Positions 1 through 10,145 of a stretch of 58,163 nucleotides of DNA are shown here, in pieces. A program made the position numbers and the translations under genes. The stretch is from positions 1 through 58,163 of the IMG/VR virus record IMGVR_UViG_3300048044_000016, one strand, 5' to 3'. Under the pieces are notes generated by a model, which saw nothing but the letters and a program-made list of their open reading frames with translations, ran no database searches and was not told where the DNA came from. Origin of the DNA: a virus (lineage: Duplodnaviria; Caudoviricetes). Each line of letters opens with the position of its first letter. Within the stretch, counting starts at the first letter, position 1.

Positions 1-148
1 TGGCTTTTAAAATTGGTTCATCGCCTTTGTACCACGAAAAAAGAGTCCTCTGATTGACAGCAAGGAAAACCGCAGCCTCTGGAATCGTATAAGTGGGCAA
101 AGTACGGATGTCTTGTCCCTTAGCGCGTATTGGCTTTTCCTTGATCAT
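1..148 (-). pseudogene. N-terminal fragment of a DUF433/VapB45-like HTH protein, running off the window start
   Basis: Translated by hand from ATG at 148: MIKEKPIRAKGQDIRTLPTYTIPEAAVFLAVNQRTLFSWYKGDEPILKA, which has the YTxxEAAxxLxVxxxTLxxW HTH pattern. Confidence 0.55.
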
Positions 149-170
149 TTCGCAACCACTGTAGAACATT

Positions 171-761
171 TTAGAGCACCTTTGCGATAAACTTTGGAGT
201 ACCTGAATTAACTGAACTTGTGGGCATGAGCATATGGGCTATCTCGCCCAACCTGTGCTCCGCATCATAGGGAGGCGGAAAATCAAATTTGATTGGACCA
301 TTTGCGCCCATAAACCAAATTACTGTGCTGCCGCTTGTAGCTGTTGCGATCACATAAATCGCCGTAGGCGTAATACTTGATGTATAGATACCCGCGTAGC
401 CATCGACGCTTAACTTTACTTGCAGCGTTGACAGATTTGAAATAGATATAACCGCTGAATAGGTTTCACTAGACCAAGAAGTGCTACTCCATTCCTTAAA
501 ATTAGTGAAACCACCTCCACTATCTAAACTGAAATAAGCACCAGCATCTCCGTGAAAAACCGATCCACTAGAAGTTACAAATACAGTAATGGCACCACTA
601 ACTACCTGACTGGACCACAAGTATGTTGTAGAGGCAGCGCATGGACTAGATGACCCAGAAGTGCAAGAGGTGGCAACTAGCGTCGTACTTGTATTGTAAG
701 ACGTTGCTTTTGCACCAACTGATATAAGCACCAGTAGGATAATAGTAATTAATCTTTTCAT
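171..761 (-). CDS. Ser/Thr-rich protein with N-terminal signal peptide, in the fibre locus
   Basis: Likely start at 761 (MKRLITIILLVLISVGAKA, Sec signal-like); AT-rich segment. Confidence 0.6.
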   Translation of the reverse strand: MKRLITIILLVLISVGAKATSYNTSTTLVATSCTSGSSSPCAASTTYLWSSQVVSGAITVFVTSSGSVFHGDAGAYFSLDSGGGFTNFKEWSSTSWSSETYSAVISISNLSTLQVKLSVDGYAGIYTSSITPTAIYVIATATSGSTVIWFMGANGPIKFDFPPPYDAEHRLGEIAHMLMPTSSVNSGTPKFIAKVL

Positions 762-769
762 TTTTGTCC

Positions 770-2893
770 TTAGTAAGTCGCGCAAATTGTAAGAGACAGT
801 CCTGCCGCCGTTGCGTCTGCCGTAGATGGGGCATAAACTTCGTATGCATTTCCAGCAGCGACACTTAAGCCGCTAGACCAGCTAAATGTTCCAATACTTG
901 CCGATGCAGCAAACGTGACAGTGCCAAAGCTAACACCATTGTAATCAAGATTAAATGTCGTACTTGCCGTCGCCGCATGAAGCAATCTTGCTTGTGATGT
1001 GCAAGATACACCTACCGCAGTTACTGTGCTATATAAAGTCATATTTACAGGAATTTGTAACCAACTAACTGCCGCAGATGAGGAATACACGCTATTACTC
1101 ATGTCGGAAAATCCGAGGTAGTGGACCATTGCTGAGATTGTGCCGCCAAGCGTTACTGCGTCAGTAAACGATGCAGTAGTGCCACTTAAAGCTCCAGTCA
1201 AACTTCCACCAGACAGCGGAAGGTAGCTTCCCAACGTAGAAGACAACACCACGTTTCCGCTTCCAGTGTAACCAGTGGTACTTAACGGAATTACTACGCC
1301 GTTGGAGTTGGAAAGGCTGGCGACAGTAACTGGATACAACATCGAAATACTACGCGTCTCGTTCGTATCTGCATTAGCTATGGTTAAAACAGAAGTCGGA
1401 GATGAACCACTTCCTACAATATTCGTAAATTCCCAATCTGAACTTATAGGTTGGCTAGTCGATGTAGAGTAATAGCTTCCCGCAATGTACAAGTTGTTAC
1501 TATTGTAGTTGGTCAACGAAGTTGCCGCCGCTTGCGGCCTGACAGTTACAGTACCATACAAATCAATGGTGTTTCCCGCTCCTGATGTCCCAAAAGTAGT
1601 GTTACCTGTAAAATTTGCCGTTGTTCCCGTCAAGCCTCCCGTCAATGTTCCACCAGACAGCGGAAGATAACTTCCTAATGTAGAAGACAACACTACACTC
1701 CCGCTGCCGGTCGTTGCAATATCTCCTAGAGTCCCTCCATTGTTATAAAGCACATGCCCAGTCGTGCTGCCGCTCACCGTGGTCGTGCCCACCGTAATGC
1801 CCGAAGTCGAAGCGGTAACAGTGCACGAACTGCCCAGTGTGCAGGTCTGCCCATTCACGGTTGTCGAAGTAGATGGCGTGCCAGTCAACTGACTATACGG
1901 CAGTGAGAGCGCCGACAGCGTCGTTAATGTAGAGTTTCTTGTCGCCGTGATATTAGCCGCTGTGCCTGTCGTGTTCTGGTTCCACGTTGGAACCGTACCT
2001 GACAAAGCCGAGTACGGAATGGTGGCGACTGTGCCAAGTGCTCCAGACGCGTTATTGGTCACGTAGCCAGCAGTGGTCAGCCCCGAATCCGTGATTCCAC
2101 CCGCATGTAGACTAGCGTTTGCCGACGCTGAGCCTAGATACACATCGGTTACGCTGCTGTTGCCGATAACCGCTGTGTTGCTCCCTGCTCCGATTGCGCT
2201 ATAGCCAATCACAATCTCGTTCGTATCGCTGGCAGCAGCAGCTTTGGTAAAGTTTCCTTCAAACACTGAATTGCTCGAATTGATATTTCCTGTCGTGCCG
2301 TCCGCAAGATACCAGCCAGATTGAAGCCCAATGGCAATGTTGGAGTTGCCGGTGGTGTTGTCATAGAGCGCAGTATACCCATTCGCGGTGTTGTCGGAGC
2401 CGGTGGTGTTGGAGAAGAGCGCATACATCCCATTCGCGGTGTTGTTGACGCCGGTGCCATTCAGGTTTCCCGCTCCACCAGAGTAGTAGTTATTGAGTGA
2501 TGTCTGCGACTGGAGAGCAGGAACCCCATTTAACAAAACACCGTTCGAACCTATAGTCGTTGGTGTCGCAGTGCCAGCCGCGACGGCGCCTGAGAACGAT
2601 GCGCTGGTGCCGTTGAGTGCGCCGGTCAGCGTGCCGCCCGTTGTAGGAAGATTTTTCACCCAACCAGAATTCGTACACTTGTACTCGACATTATTCGTCG
2701 TGTCCTGATAAGACTGTCCCCACTCTGCGCCATAAGGATAGACGGTGTAGTTTCCATTTTGCGTACAGGTGATCGTTGGCGCACCCGATCCAGTCAGAAG
2801 GTTCCATGCGACCTGATAGGTTGGATCAATTTGCGTCTGAGCAAACATAAGCGTGGAACTGATCAGGAAAAGCAGTGCGGCGAGTCGTTTCAT
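770..2893 (-). CDS. Tail fibre/adhesin-like protein with signal peptide and YadA-head-like repeats
   Basis: 707 aa, Gly/Thr/Ser-rich; NTANGxxALxxNTTG repeats; repeated YLPLSGGTLTG motif; directly downstream of baseplate J; starts MKRLAALLFLISSTLMFAQ. Confidence 0.65.
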   Translation of the reverse strand: MKRLAALLFLISSTLMFAQTQIDPTYQVAWNLLTGSGAPTITCTQNGNYTVYPYGAEWGQSYQDTTNNVEYKCTNSGWVKNLPTTGGTLTGALNGTSASFSGAVAAGTATPTTIGSNGVLLNGVPALQSQTSLNNYYSGGAGNLNGTGVNNTANGMYALFSNTTGSDNTANGYTALYDNTTGNSNIAIGLQSGWYLADGTTGNINSSNSVFEGNFTKAAAASDTNEIVIGYSAIGAGSNTAVIGNSSVTDVYLGSASANASLHAGGITDSGLTTAGYVTNNASGALGTVATIPYSALSGTVPTWNQNTTGTAANITATRNSTLTTLSALSLPYSQLTGTPSTSTTVNGQTCTLGSSCTVTASTSGITVGTTTVSGSTTGHVLYNNGGTLGDIATTGSGSVVLSSTLGSYLPLSGGTLTGGLTGTTANFTGNTTFGTSGAGNTIDLYGTVTVRPQAAATSLTNYNSNNLYIAGSYYSTSTSQPISSDWEFTNIVGSGSSPTSVLTIANADTNETRSISMLYPVTVASLSNSNGVVIPLSTTGYTGSGNVVLSSTLGSYLPLSGGSLTGALSGTTASFTDAVTLGGTISAMVHYLGFSDMSNSVYSSSAAVSWLQIPVNMTLYSTVTAVGVSCTSQARLLHAATASTTFNLDYNGVSFGTVTFAASASIGTFSWSSGLSVAAGNAYEVYAPSTADATAAGLSLTICATY

Positions 2894-2910
2894 GCTGAAG
2901 TCTCCTTAGT

Positions 2911-4197
2911 CTAGCTTACTGGTTGGTTCTTTGGGCCCATAACGATGGTAAGATTTACCGCTGTGCAATTCGCCCATTGTCCCGCTGTGAGCAAGAAGCT
3001 ACCGTCCGAGGTTGGCGTGAGTGGTGTACCGCCGATGTTCGCGGCAAGTGTCAGTTGCATGTCGTAGACCCCCGACACGCTGAGAGATGATTGCCACTGG
3101 CTCAGGACTATATCCTGCTCAATGTTGGCGGCAAGAGTAAGAGCAAGATTCTGCGCCGCCGTAGTGATACCCGCGGAAATGGTCGAGTAACTGGCATTGG
3201 CGTAGAGCGTGATCGCCCCGGTAACAGTGTAATCAACTTCGGTCACAGCCGAAACCAGAACAGTGTCGCAAAGAGGACGCACGGTCTGCGCACTGAGAGC
3301 CGATTGAACAGCGGAAAGCAGCGTGCCAGAGGCGATGCCATCGCTGTTTGGGGATGCAGACGGTTGCGTTACGGGTCCTGTCAGGACGTAGACCTGCACC
3401 GTCCCTGGCGTTGTTGGGTTTGTCGGGACTTGGGCGTCAACAATGGTTGAACTCACGTCAAGTGCAAGAGATCGGTACTGTCCAGACGGGCCGGCCGTCG
3501 TGAGGTTGTTCGGTGCCGCCTGGATGCGTGTGCGGTAGTGGTTGTCTCCAGCAGTCGTTCCGGCTGGCTCACCCGCCGTTCCGTTGGCGGTCGTCGTCGT
3601 GTTGGCGACGGCAGAGACAAGCGGGAAAGAACCCATCAGGACACTGACCTGTCCGGCGAGGTAGCCGTTGCCGCTGAGTCCTGCCGTAGTGCATTGCGCC
3701 GCCACGGTGCCGACTGTCTGCCCTGCGGAGATAGTGAGCGCTGCCGTCGTGGCGAAGATGTAGAGCCCATCAGTGGTGCCAACCTGCGTACCGGAGGCTA
3801 TCGTGGTGTCGGATGACTGTGCCGCGGTGAGGGTGAACTGTAACGTCGTCGTGGCGTACTGCGCGGGGAGACGATTGCAGTCCAGATACTCGCCGAGGTA
3901 GTCCAGCATCGGGTAGACGGCGAACGCGAGCAGGTTCTGAAGGCCGCAATACTGTATCGCGTTCCGGACCAGAATCTCTCGATAAGCGTAGAGGTTGATA
4001 AGCAACTGCTCGACCTGGGCCGGGTAGAGGGTTCTGCTGGTATCTGTCTCGAACTTGCTCACCATGTCGTTCAGGACTAGCGTTGAGTCGAGCCCATCTG
4101 AGTCGTTGACGAATGATGGCGTAGGCAGGTCAACAGGAACCGTCTGAGGGGTGCCGGTGGCCGCAGGGAACGATTGATTTGGGACGATGACCGGCAT
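2911..4197 (-). CDS. Baseplate J-like protein
   Basis: 428 aa; LDYLGE..RLPA, YRTRIQAAP..TAGP..Y and VRPLCDTV motifs; synteny after the W-like gene. Confidence 0.9.
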   Translation of the reverse strand: MPVIVPNQSFPAATGTPQTVPVDLPTPSFVNDSDGLDSTLVLNDMVSKFETDTSRTLYPAQVEQLLINLYAYREILVRNAIQYCGLQNLLAFAVYPMLDYLGEYLDCNRLPAQYATTTLQFTLTAAQSSDTTIASGTQVGTTDGLYIFATTAALTISAGQTVGTVAAQCTTAGLSGNGYLAGQVSVLMGSFPLVSAVANTTTTANGTAGEPAGTTAGDNHYRTRIQAAPNNLTTAGPSGQYRSLALDVSSTIVDAQVPTNPTTPGTVQVYVLTGPVTQPSASPNSDGIASGTLLSAVQSALSAQTVRPLCDTVLVSAVTEVDYTVTGAITLYANASYSTISAGITTAAQNLALTLAANIEQDIVLSQWQSSLSVSGVYDMQLTLAANIGGTPLTPTSDGSFLLTAGQWANCTAVNLTIVMGPKNQPVS

Positions 4198-4647
4198 TTA
4201 GGAAGATCCTCCCACAGATATTGTCGTGCTCTCTGTGCCTATCGTAGTCGTGGTAGAACTGCTCGATCCCATGTCCGGTTTCCAGTTGATCGTCACATCG
4301 AGAGTCCCGATGTTCGTTGTGCTGGCTACCACATCGACGCTCTCAAGTGTGATACGTGTTTCCCAATCGTCAATGGCCGCAGAGATGGCGCCGATGATGG
4401 CCGGAATTGCTGCGGTGAGCGGGCGGTCAAGGAACTGCGTCAGATCGCATCCAAATGTCGGCCGGAATGGATCTTCTCCGGGGATTGTCGAAAAGATTAT
4501 CTTGAGGCATTGATGAACATCCGCGTAGGATTGGCAAACTTGTCCGAGTCCTGATCCCGGTCCGCCTCCCGCTGTCGAGTCGAGCATCAGCTCCCAACTC
4601 GATGACTGGATGTTGGTGAGGGTCGCGTATGGGAAAGTCGTTGCCAT
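4198..4647 (-). CDS. Baseplate wedge protein, gpW/gp25 family
   Basis: QCLKIIFSTIPGEDPFRPTFGC...WETRI motif. Confidence 0.9.
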   Translation of the reverse strand: MATTFPYATLTNIQSSSWELMLDSTAGGGPGSGLGQVCQSYADVHQCLKIIFSTIPGEDPFRPTFGCDLTQFLDRPLTAAIPAIIGAISAAIDDWETRITLESVDVVASTTNIGTLDVTINWKPDMGSSSSTTTTIGTESTTISVGGSS

Positions 4648-5196
4648 CTAGATCACACATCCTAGTTTAGACTGAGCATTCGCAACGGCCTCAGTCAATG
4701 TAAGCGTAGCATTTGCGATAGCCGTCGTCAGCCTTGTCACGGCAGCAACTAAAAGGGCCTCTTGCTCCGCAATTTGAAGTTGTTGCCCAGTGTATGCGGC
4801 ATATGGACCCGCGTAAGCGTTGATGACTTTCTGTATCCACGTTAGAACGGAGGGAAGGTCTGTCGGAACAATCATCAATGACTCTAATACCTGCATCTCT
4901 GTCATGATGTTGGCTTGCATTTTGGCAATGTCAGAAGTGGCCTTGTTTGTGTTCTGTGTGGTTTTCGATGATATTTTCGCAAACTTCTCAGTTACCTGTA
5001 CTGCCAAAAGAGCAAGTTGTCCGCACGGTGATAGGACTCCTGGAATCGCCAGCGTACCGTTCGGCAACGGTTGAGATTCGATGCTCGAGATCTGTTTGTT
5101 CACATATGCGGTGTACTTGTTGATGTACGTCGCAGCTTTATTGAGTTCGGTGATCGTCGATTGGAAGTAGGCTGTATTCATTTTTACCTCACTCAA
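4648..5196 (-). CDS. Hypothetical helical protein between baseplate V and W
   Basis: 182 aa ORF tightly packed in the operon. Confidence 0.6.
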   Translation of the reverse strand: MSEVKMNTAYFQSTITELNKAATYINKYTAYVNKQISSIESQPLPNGTLAIPGVLSPCGQLALLAVQVTEKFAKISSKTTQNTNKATSDIAKMQANIMTEMQVLESLMIVPTDLPSVLTWIQKVINAYAGPYAAYTGQQLQIAEQEALLVAAVTRLTTAIANATLTLTEAVANAQSKLGCVI

Positions 5197-5812
5197 TGTC
5201 GATGATTATTCCATCTTGCACTGTCACAGTTTGCCCGGTTGACGTGCTAAATGTCCCGGTTGCCCCAGAGCCAACATGTAGGTTCTGGTCAGTGTAGACC
5301 TCTCCAGTCAGGTCAATCTCGCCAATCTCTGCCGTCAGCCCTACATCTGAAGAGTCAACGGTGACGCTATCGTCCCCCACTGTCACGCTCGAAAGGTTAT
5401 CGGCGGTCTGAATTGTTGCGGTTCCAGCCGGGCAGATGCTCACCTTCAACGTAGACGTGACGCGGTTGTATTGGATTATCGTGCCATCTGCAAACTGAAT
5501 GTAGAAGTCTGAAGGAGTGAGTCCCGATGGTGCCGAGTCTACCTGTGACGGGACACTGCCGGTCACGATGCCGTTTTCGTCCCACTCATCCATGACGACG
5601 GAAACCTGCTCGCCGATGTCCGGTTGCCAAAAGAACTTGTCATTCTGTGTCTTCGGGACCTGGACCGGCAGCCACCATGACAGGACATTCGCCTGGTCAG
5701 GAAACTGCACGCGCACCCGGTATGGCGGCACAGACTCAATCTGCGCGACGATGCCCGTCCTGTAAGGCGGGTGGAACTGCTCCGTGTATGGTCCTCGTAC
5801 TGAGTCTGGCAT
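5189..5812 (-). CDS. Baseplate spike/assembly protein V
   Basis: RVRVQFPD..SWWLPV..PDIGEQV OB-fold motif followed by beta-repeat C-terminus. Confidence 0.9.
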   Translation of the reverse strand: MPDSVRGPYTEQFHPPYRTGIVAQIESVPPYRVRVQFPDQANVLSWWLPVQVPKTQNDKFFWQPDIGEQVSVVMDEWDENGIVTGSVPSQVDSAPSGLTPSDFYIQFADGTIIQYNRVTSTLKVSICPAGTATIQTADNLSSVTVGDDSVTVDSSDVGLTAEIGEIDLTGEVYTDQNLHVGSGATGTFSTSTGQTVTVQDGIIIDIE

Positions 5813-5822
5813 CTACTCTCTC

Positions 5823-5963
5823 CTACAAAAACAAAATCAAAGCAAGAGCGCAAGATCCGAAAATGGCTAGCAGCACCAACTGCATCTTCTGGCCTGTCTC
5901 ATTCGAAACACTCCTAGGTTCTAAATCGTAAAAAGTGAAGTTTCCTATCTGTGTTGTCTTCAT
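5823..5963 (-). CDS. Small membrane peptide (46 aa), absent from the ORF track
   Basis: MKTTQIGNFTFYDLEPRSVSNETGQKMQLVLLAIFGSCALALILFL fills the D-V gap; hydrophobic C-terminus. Confidence 0.45.
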   Translation of the reverse strand: MKTTQIGNFTFYDLEPRSVSNETGQKMQLVLLAIFGSCALALILFL

Positions 5964-5966
5964 TTC

Positions 5967-7049
5967 TCACTCTCCGTAGTCATCTGAGGCAAACTGTGTT
6001 GCTGCCCCGGTTATCGTGGTCCTGAGTTCCAATGAGGTCTTGTAGCCGTTCCGGTCCAGCCGATGCTTGCCCTCATTGATGATCCATTTTATCGAATCAA
6101 TCGCCGTGCCAAACCCCGAGAGCATGACCGGATTGCCGGCCCGGTAGACCATCGAGCCTGGGATGATCATCTCGCCCTTCAGGACGTGCATATTGGCGGC
6201 GTGGAGATGGGCTTGTGCGCGCAGAGTGGCCTGCTGTGCGTTCTCTATCCGTTCCCGGACTAGTAGAGTGTCCTGAAGACCCAAATCAACGCCTTGGGTA
6301 GCTGTGGCTGCCGCATTGGCCGTTGCCTGGAGCAGCTTCTTCGAGTGCGGGTCGAAATACATCACCACGGCCTTCTTGTAGGTCTTGTCGCCGTGGTGCT
6401 GCTGGTGAATCCTGAATCGCGTATTGTCGGTCTTGTAGATGTACTGCGCGTTCTTGTCTTTGAGGTCCGTGATTTTCTTCGCGTCTAGCCCTGGTCGGCT
6501 GTAGAAGACGAGTTGATCGCCGCGGATCGTGAATTCGTAGTTGTGAGCGTTGGCGATGCGGTGCAGGAAACCGAGGTCTGTCTCAAGTCGCTGCGTTAGG
6601 CGCTGGTAGGGTACATCGGGACTCACCGCTGAGGAGTCCACGCTCATGCCGTACTGGTTGGCGATGGTATTTGCTATTGAGATGAGGGATTGGCCCTCGT
6701 AGGCGACTGATTTTGGCGTCCTGATGGCGTGAGTCACCCCGGCCTGGATGGCGCGAATTAGGAACGTGTCTGGTGGCCCCTCTGCCTCCCACTCGTCCAC
6801 TTCAAAGTTCCCGCAGGCCACGAGAGACTGGCCTTGATAACCAATTGACAGGCTGAGCGCTGTCCCAATCTTCGGAGGGCTGTTCGCCCACGCCCGCGCC
6901 GAGTCCTCCACCTGAATCTCCAGCACATTTGCCTTGCCCCCAATCGCCTCGTCGTAGTGGATGTGCTGGGAATGAGTCAGCAGGTTGCCGGCGACTTGAG
7001 TGCCGCCGATCTTGATTTGCCACGCCGGGATTTGAACGGATGCACTCAT
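5967..7049 (-). CDS. Phage late control/baseplate hub protein, gpD family
   Basis: LSIGY..GNFEVDE, QRLETDLGFLHRIA motifs; synteny after X. Confidence 0.9.
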   Translation of the reverse strand: MSASVQIPAWQIKIGGTQVAGNLLTHSQHIHYDEAIGGKANVLEIQVEDSARAWANSPPKIGTALSLSIGYQGQSLVACGNFEVDEWEAEGPPDTFLIRAIQAGVTHAIRTPKSVAYEGQSLISIANTIANQYGMSVDSSAVSPDVPYQRLTQRLETDLGFLHRIANAHNYEFTIRGDQLVFYSRPGLDAKKITDLKDKNAQYIYKTDNTRFRIHQQHHGDKTYKKAVVMYFDPHSKKLLQATANAAATATQGVDLGLQDTLLVRERIENAQQATLRAQAHLHAANMHVLKGEMIIPGSMVYRAGNPVMLSGFGTAIDSIKWIINEGKHRLDRNGYKTSLELRTTITGAATQFASDDYGE

Positions 7050-7337
7050 TTAGTTCCACGGCGTGCTGCTGGTTGTGCTGGTCGCTGGCGTGATCAGCGG
7101 GACAAAAACCTGCACTCCCTGCGCCACGATGTCGCCAATCGGAATGCCGGGATTGTTCTGAATCAAGTCCTCAATCTGTGTGCTGTCTCCGTACATCCGA
7201 TACGCGATAGCATCCCAGCGTTCCCCTTTGGACACGTAGATGATTCCCGATGACGGCGCGGACGGGTTGACGTAGGTGGTAACGAGTGACGCTGTCAGGA
7301 CTCCACTTCCACCGTTTGGTATCACGACATTCGGCAT
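7050..7337 (-). CDS. Tail protein X (LysM-like)
   Basis: GERWDAIAYRMYGD..LIQNNP motif. Confidence 0.85.
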   Translation of the reverse strand: MPNVVIPNGGSGVLTASLVTTYVNPSAPSSGIIYVSKGERWDAIAYRMYGDSTQIEDLIQNNPGIPIGDIVAQGVQVFVPLITPATSTTSSTPWN

Positions 7338-8186
7338 TTAGGCAGCCCTCGCAATGATACTTGCCGCAATTGAGGTGTATCGGGTGATCCCAAACGATGC
7401 GAGTAAAGACGTCGAATTGGCGTTTGCCTCAGACAAAATAGAGGCATAAGGCGGAGAACTGATAATCCCTGATATTGTGCTGGTCACGGCCAAAGCTGCA
7501 CTGTTCATCGCGGCGGTTGTGACTGTTTCGCCTGTCCAGCTACTTGTCTCCTTCAACAGGGAATCAATACCTGTGGATAGCGCTGATGTCCATGATGCGC
7601 TTACGGATTTACCCGCACTTAGAAGTTGGGTAGATACTGAGTTGAACTTTTTAAGTGCTTGCAAAAGTTTATTTGGAGCTGCTGATGCCGGGGACTTGAC
7701 TAGCGTTGATCCCTTTGCCGCGCTCTGTGAAGTGGTGAGCCCTGGGGGATTGGTGTTGATTGTCGAGTTGCCGATGGTCCCGACCGTCATGGTGTTGCTT
7801 TGGAGTGTGGACGGTGCGACATACTCGGTTAGCTCAAGATCCATCTCCGCTGCGATTACAGAGCCGTCGTCTGCCATCCACCGCTGCTTTAGCCGGTAGT
7901 TCGAGATGACGAAGGTCCCGAGGATGTTCTTGTTCCCAAAGACGAACTGCTGCGGAACGTGGAAGTCGGCAAGCTGTGTCAGGGCGTCAATGGCCGTCTG
8001 TGGCTTGCACCAGAAGTTGTGAAGGTAGATCGACAGTTCAACGTGGCGCAAGTTGTCGTAGATCCACTGCAATATGGGAGGCGCACCGATTACGTTGAGT
8101 GCTTCGTAGTGGTACTTTTTCTCGATCTCCAGCTTGGTAGGACTCGCAAGAGGCTGAAATGAGATGGGACCAAAAGATGCGAACAT
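7338..8186 (-). CDS. Tail protein U-like, with C-terminal extension
   Basis: MFASFGPISF..P.LQW..G.FVI..L.LTEY N-domain; synteny after tape measure. Confidence 0.8.
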   Translation of the reverse strand: MFASFGPISFQPLASPTKLEIEKKYHYEALNVIGAPPILQWIYDNLRHVELSIYLHNFWCKPQTAIDALTQLADFHVPQQFVFGNKNILGTFVISNYRLKQRWMADDGSVIAAEMDLELTEYVAPSTLQSNTMTVGTIGNSTINTNPPGLTTSQSAAKGSTLVKSPASAAPNKLLQALKKFNSVSTQLLSAGKSVSASWTSALSTGIDSLLKETSSWTGETVTTAAMNSAALAVTSTISGIISSPPYASILSEANANSTSLLASFGITRYTSIAASIIARAA

Positions 8187-9997
8187 TAGCGTGCCCCCTC
8201 AAGTGCCGGGTTGCCAAAACTGCGGCGCGCGTCCTGATGTCTTTGGTCTGCTAACTGTTGCGCAAGGGTTTCCCAGTGGTTATCAAGCGATCCGACAACT
8301 GCATTACCTATCTGGTCGCCATCTGCCCCAGCTCCGACATGAACATGGACAACTGGAGCATACGTTAGCGGTGCCGATGTGGAGTTGTCGGAAGTAGATA
8401 ATGTCGATGCACCCCTTGCTGCCGTCATGCCAAAATCAAATCCGGCCGCGCCGAAGTTTCCACCGGCTACATCTCCGAGTATACGGCCCCAATCTTTGAA
8501 AGTTGCCACATGGAAAAAACTACTAACTGCCGATGCTGCGCCTTCGATAGCATCCTTGATGTCTTCCCAGTGTTTGTATATCTCGTAGCTTCCGATGGCG
8601 ATGGCCGCAACTCCAGTGATGATCCAGCCGATAGGGTTGGACTCAAACAGCAAGCCGAATGCCAATCCTATATCCTCAATACCGCCGGTAAATAGCGCAA
8701 CTGTTACGGCCCATGTTCCTTGCAACATTTCCAACGCTGTGGCTAGCCCTGGGGCAGTAGCGAACCATCCCCATGCAACCTGAATTAGTTTCATGCCTCC
8801 GAAAATTGCGGCGAGAGCCGCCCCCCACTCTAACCCATTGGCGACAACCCCAGTCGCATTAGGATGATTCTCTGAAAATTTATTTAGAACATCTGTTATG
8901 CTCCTCAGGCTCTTGAGGTCATCTGTCAAATCGGGAAGCAGATGTTTCCCTAGCGACTCCTTGGCCTCTTGCCATGCGTTTTTCAAATCGCTCATCTGTG
9001 CATTAAATGTTTCCTCGCGGTCTTTTGCGTCCTGATCTAACTGCCCCTGTGCATGGTCTATTTCGTTGTACGCCTCCTTTAAGTCGTCCATATGCTTGAT
9101 AAGCAAAGCTACGTTCGCACCTTGGCTTCCCATAGAAGACTCAAGTGCGCGCTTCTGCCTATCACTCATCTGGCTCATTTTATCAAGGGTCTTGATGAGG
9201 TTGACGTGTCCATCAGTCGTCTTTACGACTTGGAGGCCGTACTTCTCCATCTCGTAGCGACCATCTTTCATTTTGAGTAGAGAGTTGACGATTCCGGCGA
9301 GGATGGGTCCTGAACCGCGAGGGCCTCCGAGATTGATTCGGTTACCCTCCGCCATCAGTGCAAGCATGGTCTTCTGTGCGACATTGTTTACCTGAGCCGC
9401 TGTACCGAGCATCCGAAGCGCCATTGACATGCGCATCAGTCCGCCGCTACCCATCGGGAACCGGGCCTGAAGAATAGCTATTTCGTCGCCGAACTCCTTC
9501 ATTTGATCGATGACAGGGCGACTCGTGTCTCCGAGGTTCTGGACTGCCGAAGACAGAACTTTCGCGGCAAGAGGTGCAGTATCTCCCATCACGACTGCCA
9601 GCTTTGCGGCTGTCTCTGTTTGCTCTTTGAGCGCTCCGTCGTCACGGAAGGTCTTATACAGTTCAGTCATCGCCTGAAGAGCCTCTTCAGCCCCCCCGGT
9701 CAACGGCATTGATGATCCTATTTCATCGGCTTGACGCTTGTACTGCTCAAGCGCCTCCGCATTGGCGAGAGTGGCCTCTTTCAGCCCTACCATCTGCTCT
9801 TGCATGGCAGCAGCTGGCTCGATTACTTGGCTTATAGCCTCATACCCTGCAAACACTTCACCGGCAGCCATGCCAATACTGGCGAAATTCTCCGCCATCT
9901 CGCCGAATCGGTCATTGACCTGCTTTAGAGGGTCAGTAACCTCGTCGCGGAGTTGGACGAGAACCTTCAGGATGGATGTTTGATCGTCTTCGCTCAA
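8186..9997 (-). CDS. Tail tape measure protein
   Basis: 603 aa helical, Ala-rich; hydrophobic NPIGWII segment; position after chaperones. Confidence 0.85.
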   Translation of the reverse strand: MSEDDQTSILKVLVQLRDEVTDPLKQVNDRFGEMAENFASIGMAAGEVFAGYEAISQVIEPAAAMQEQMVGLKEATLANAEALEQYKRQADEIGSSMPLTGGAEEALQAMTELYKTFRDDGALKEQTETAAKLAVVMGDTAPLAAKVLSSAVQNLGDTSRPVIDQMKEFGDEIAILQARFPMGSGGLMRMSMALRMLGTAAQVNNVAQKTMLALMAEGNRINLGGPRGSGPILAGIVNSLLKMKDGRYEMEKYGLQVVKTTDGHVNLIKTLDKMSQMSDRQKRALESSMGSQGANVALLIKHMDDLKEAYNEIDHAQGQLDQDAKDREETFNAQMSDLKNAWQEAKESLGKHLLPDLTDDLKSLRSITDVLNKFSENHPNATGVVANGLEWGAALAAIFGGMKLIQVAWGWFATAPGLATALEMLQGTWAVTVALFTGGIEDIGLAFGLLFESNPIGWIITGVAAIAIGSYEIYKHWEDIKDAIEGAASAVSSFFHVATFKDWGRILGDVAGGNFGAAGFDFGMTAARGASTLSTSDNSTSAPLTYAPVVHVHVGAGADGDQIGNAVVGSLDNHWETLAQQLADQRHQDARRSFGNPALEGAR

Positions 9998-10143
9998 GGT
10001 TTCCTCCGCTTCGGAATGCGCTTTTCAACGGCTCGGCTGTACTGTTGTAGAACTAGGTACCACCCCACCAAATCGCCTATTGACATGGAATCGATGGATT
10101 CAGGACTGACCCCTTCATGCACCATCGCGCCCAGTGCTTCCAT
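9994..10143 (-). CDS. GpE'-like tail chaperone extension (49 aa), probably also made as a -1 frameshift fusion
   Basis: MEALGAMVHEGVSPESIDSMSIGDLVGWY... has the SPxxIxxM..L..W pattern; its frame is open back to the slippery CCCTTTG at 10230-10236. Confidence 0.7.
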   Translation of the reverse strand: MEALGAMVHEGVSPESIDSMSIGDLVGWYLVLQQYSRAVEKRIPKRRKP

Positions 10144-10145
10144 GG

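Noticed and set aside
1205-1715. Two ~60-bp similar segments in the fibre gene as a possible DGR template/variable repeat pair
   Set aside because: Differences are mostly synonymous and not adenine-specific, both copies are coding, and no reverse transcriptase is present
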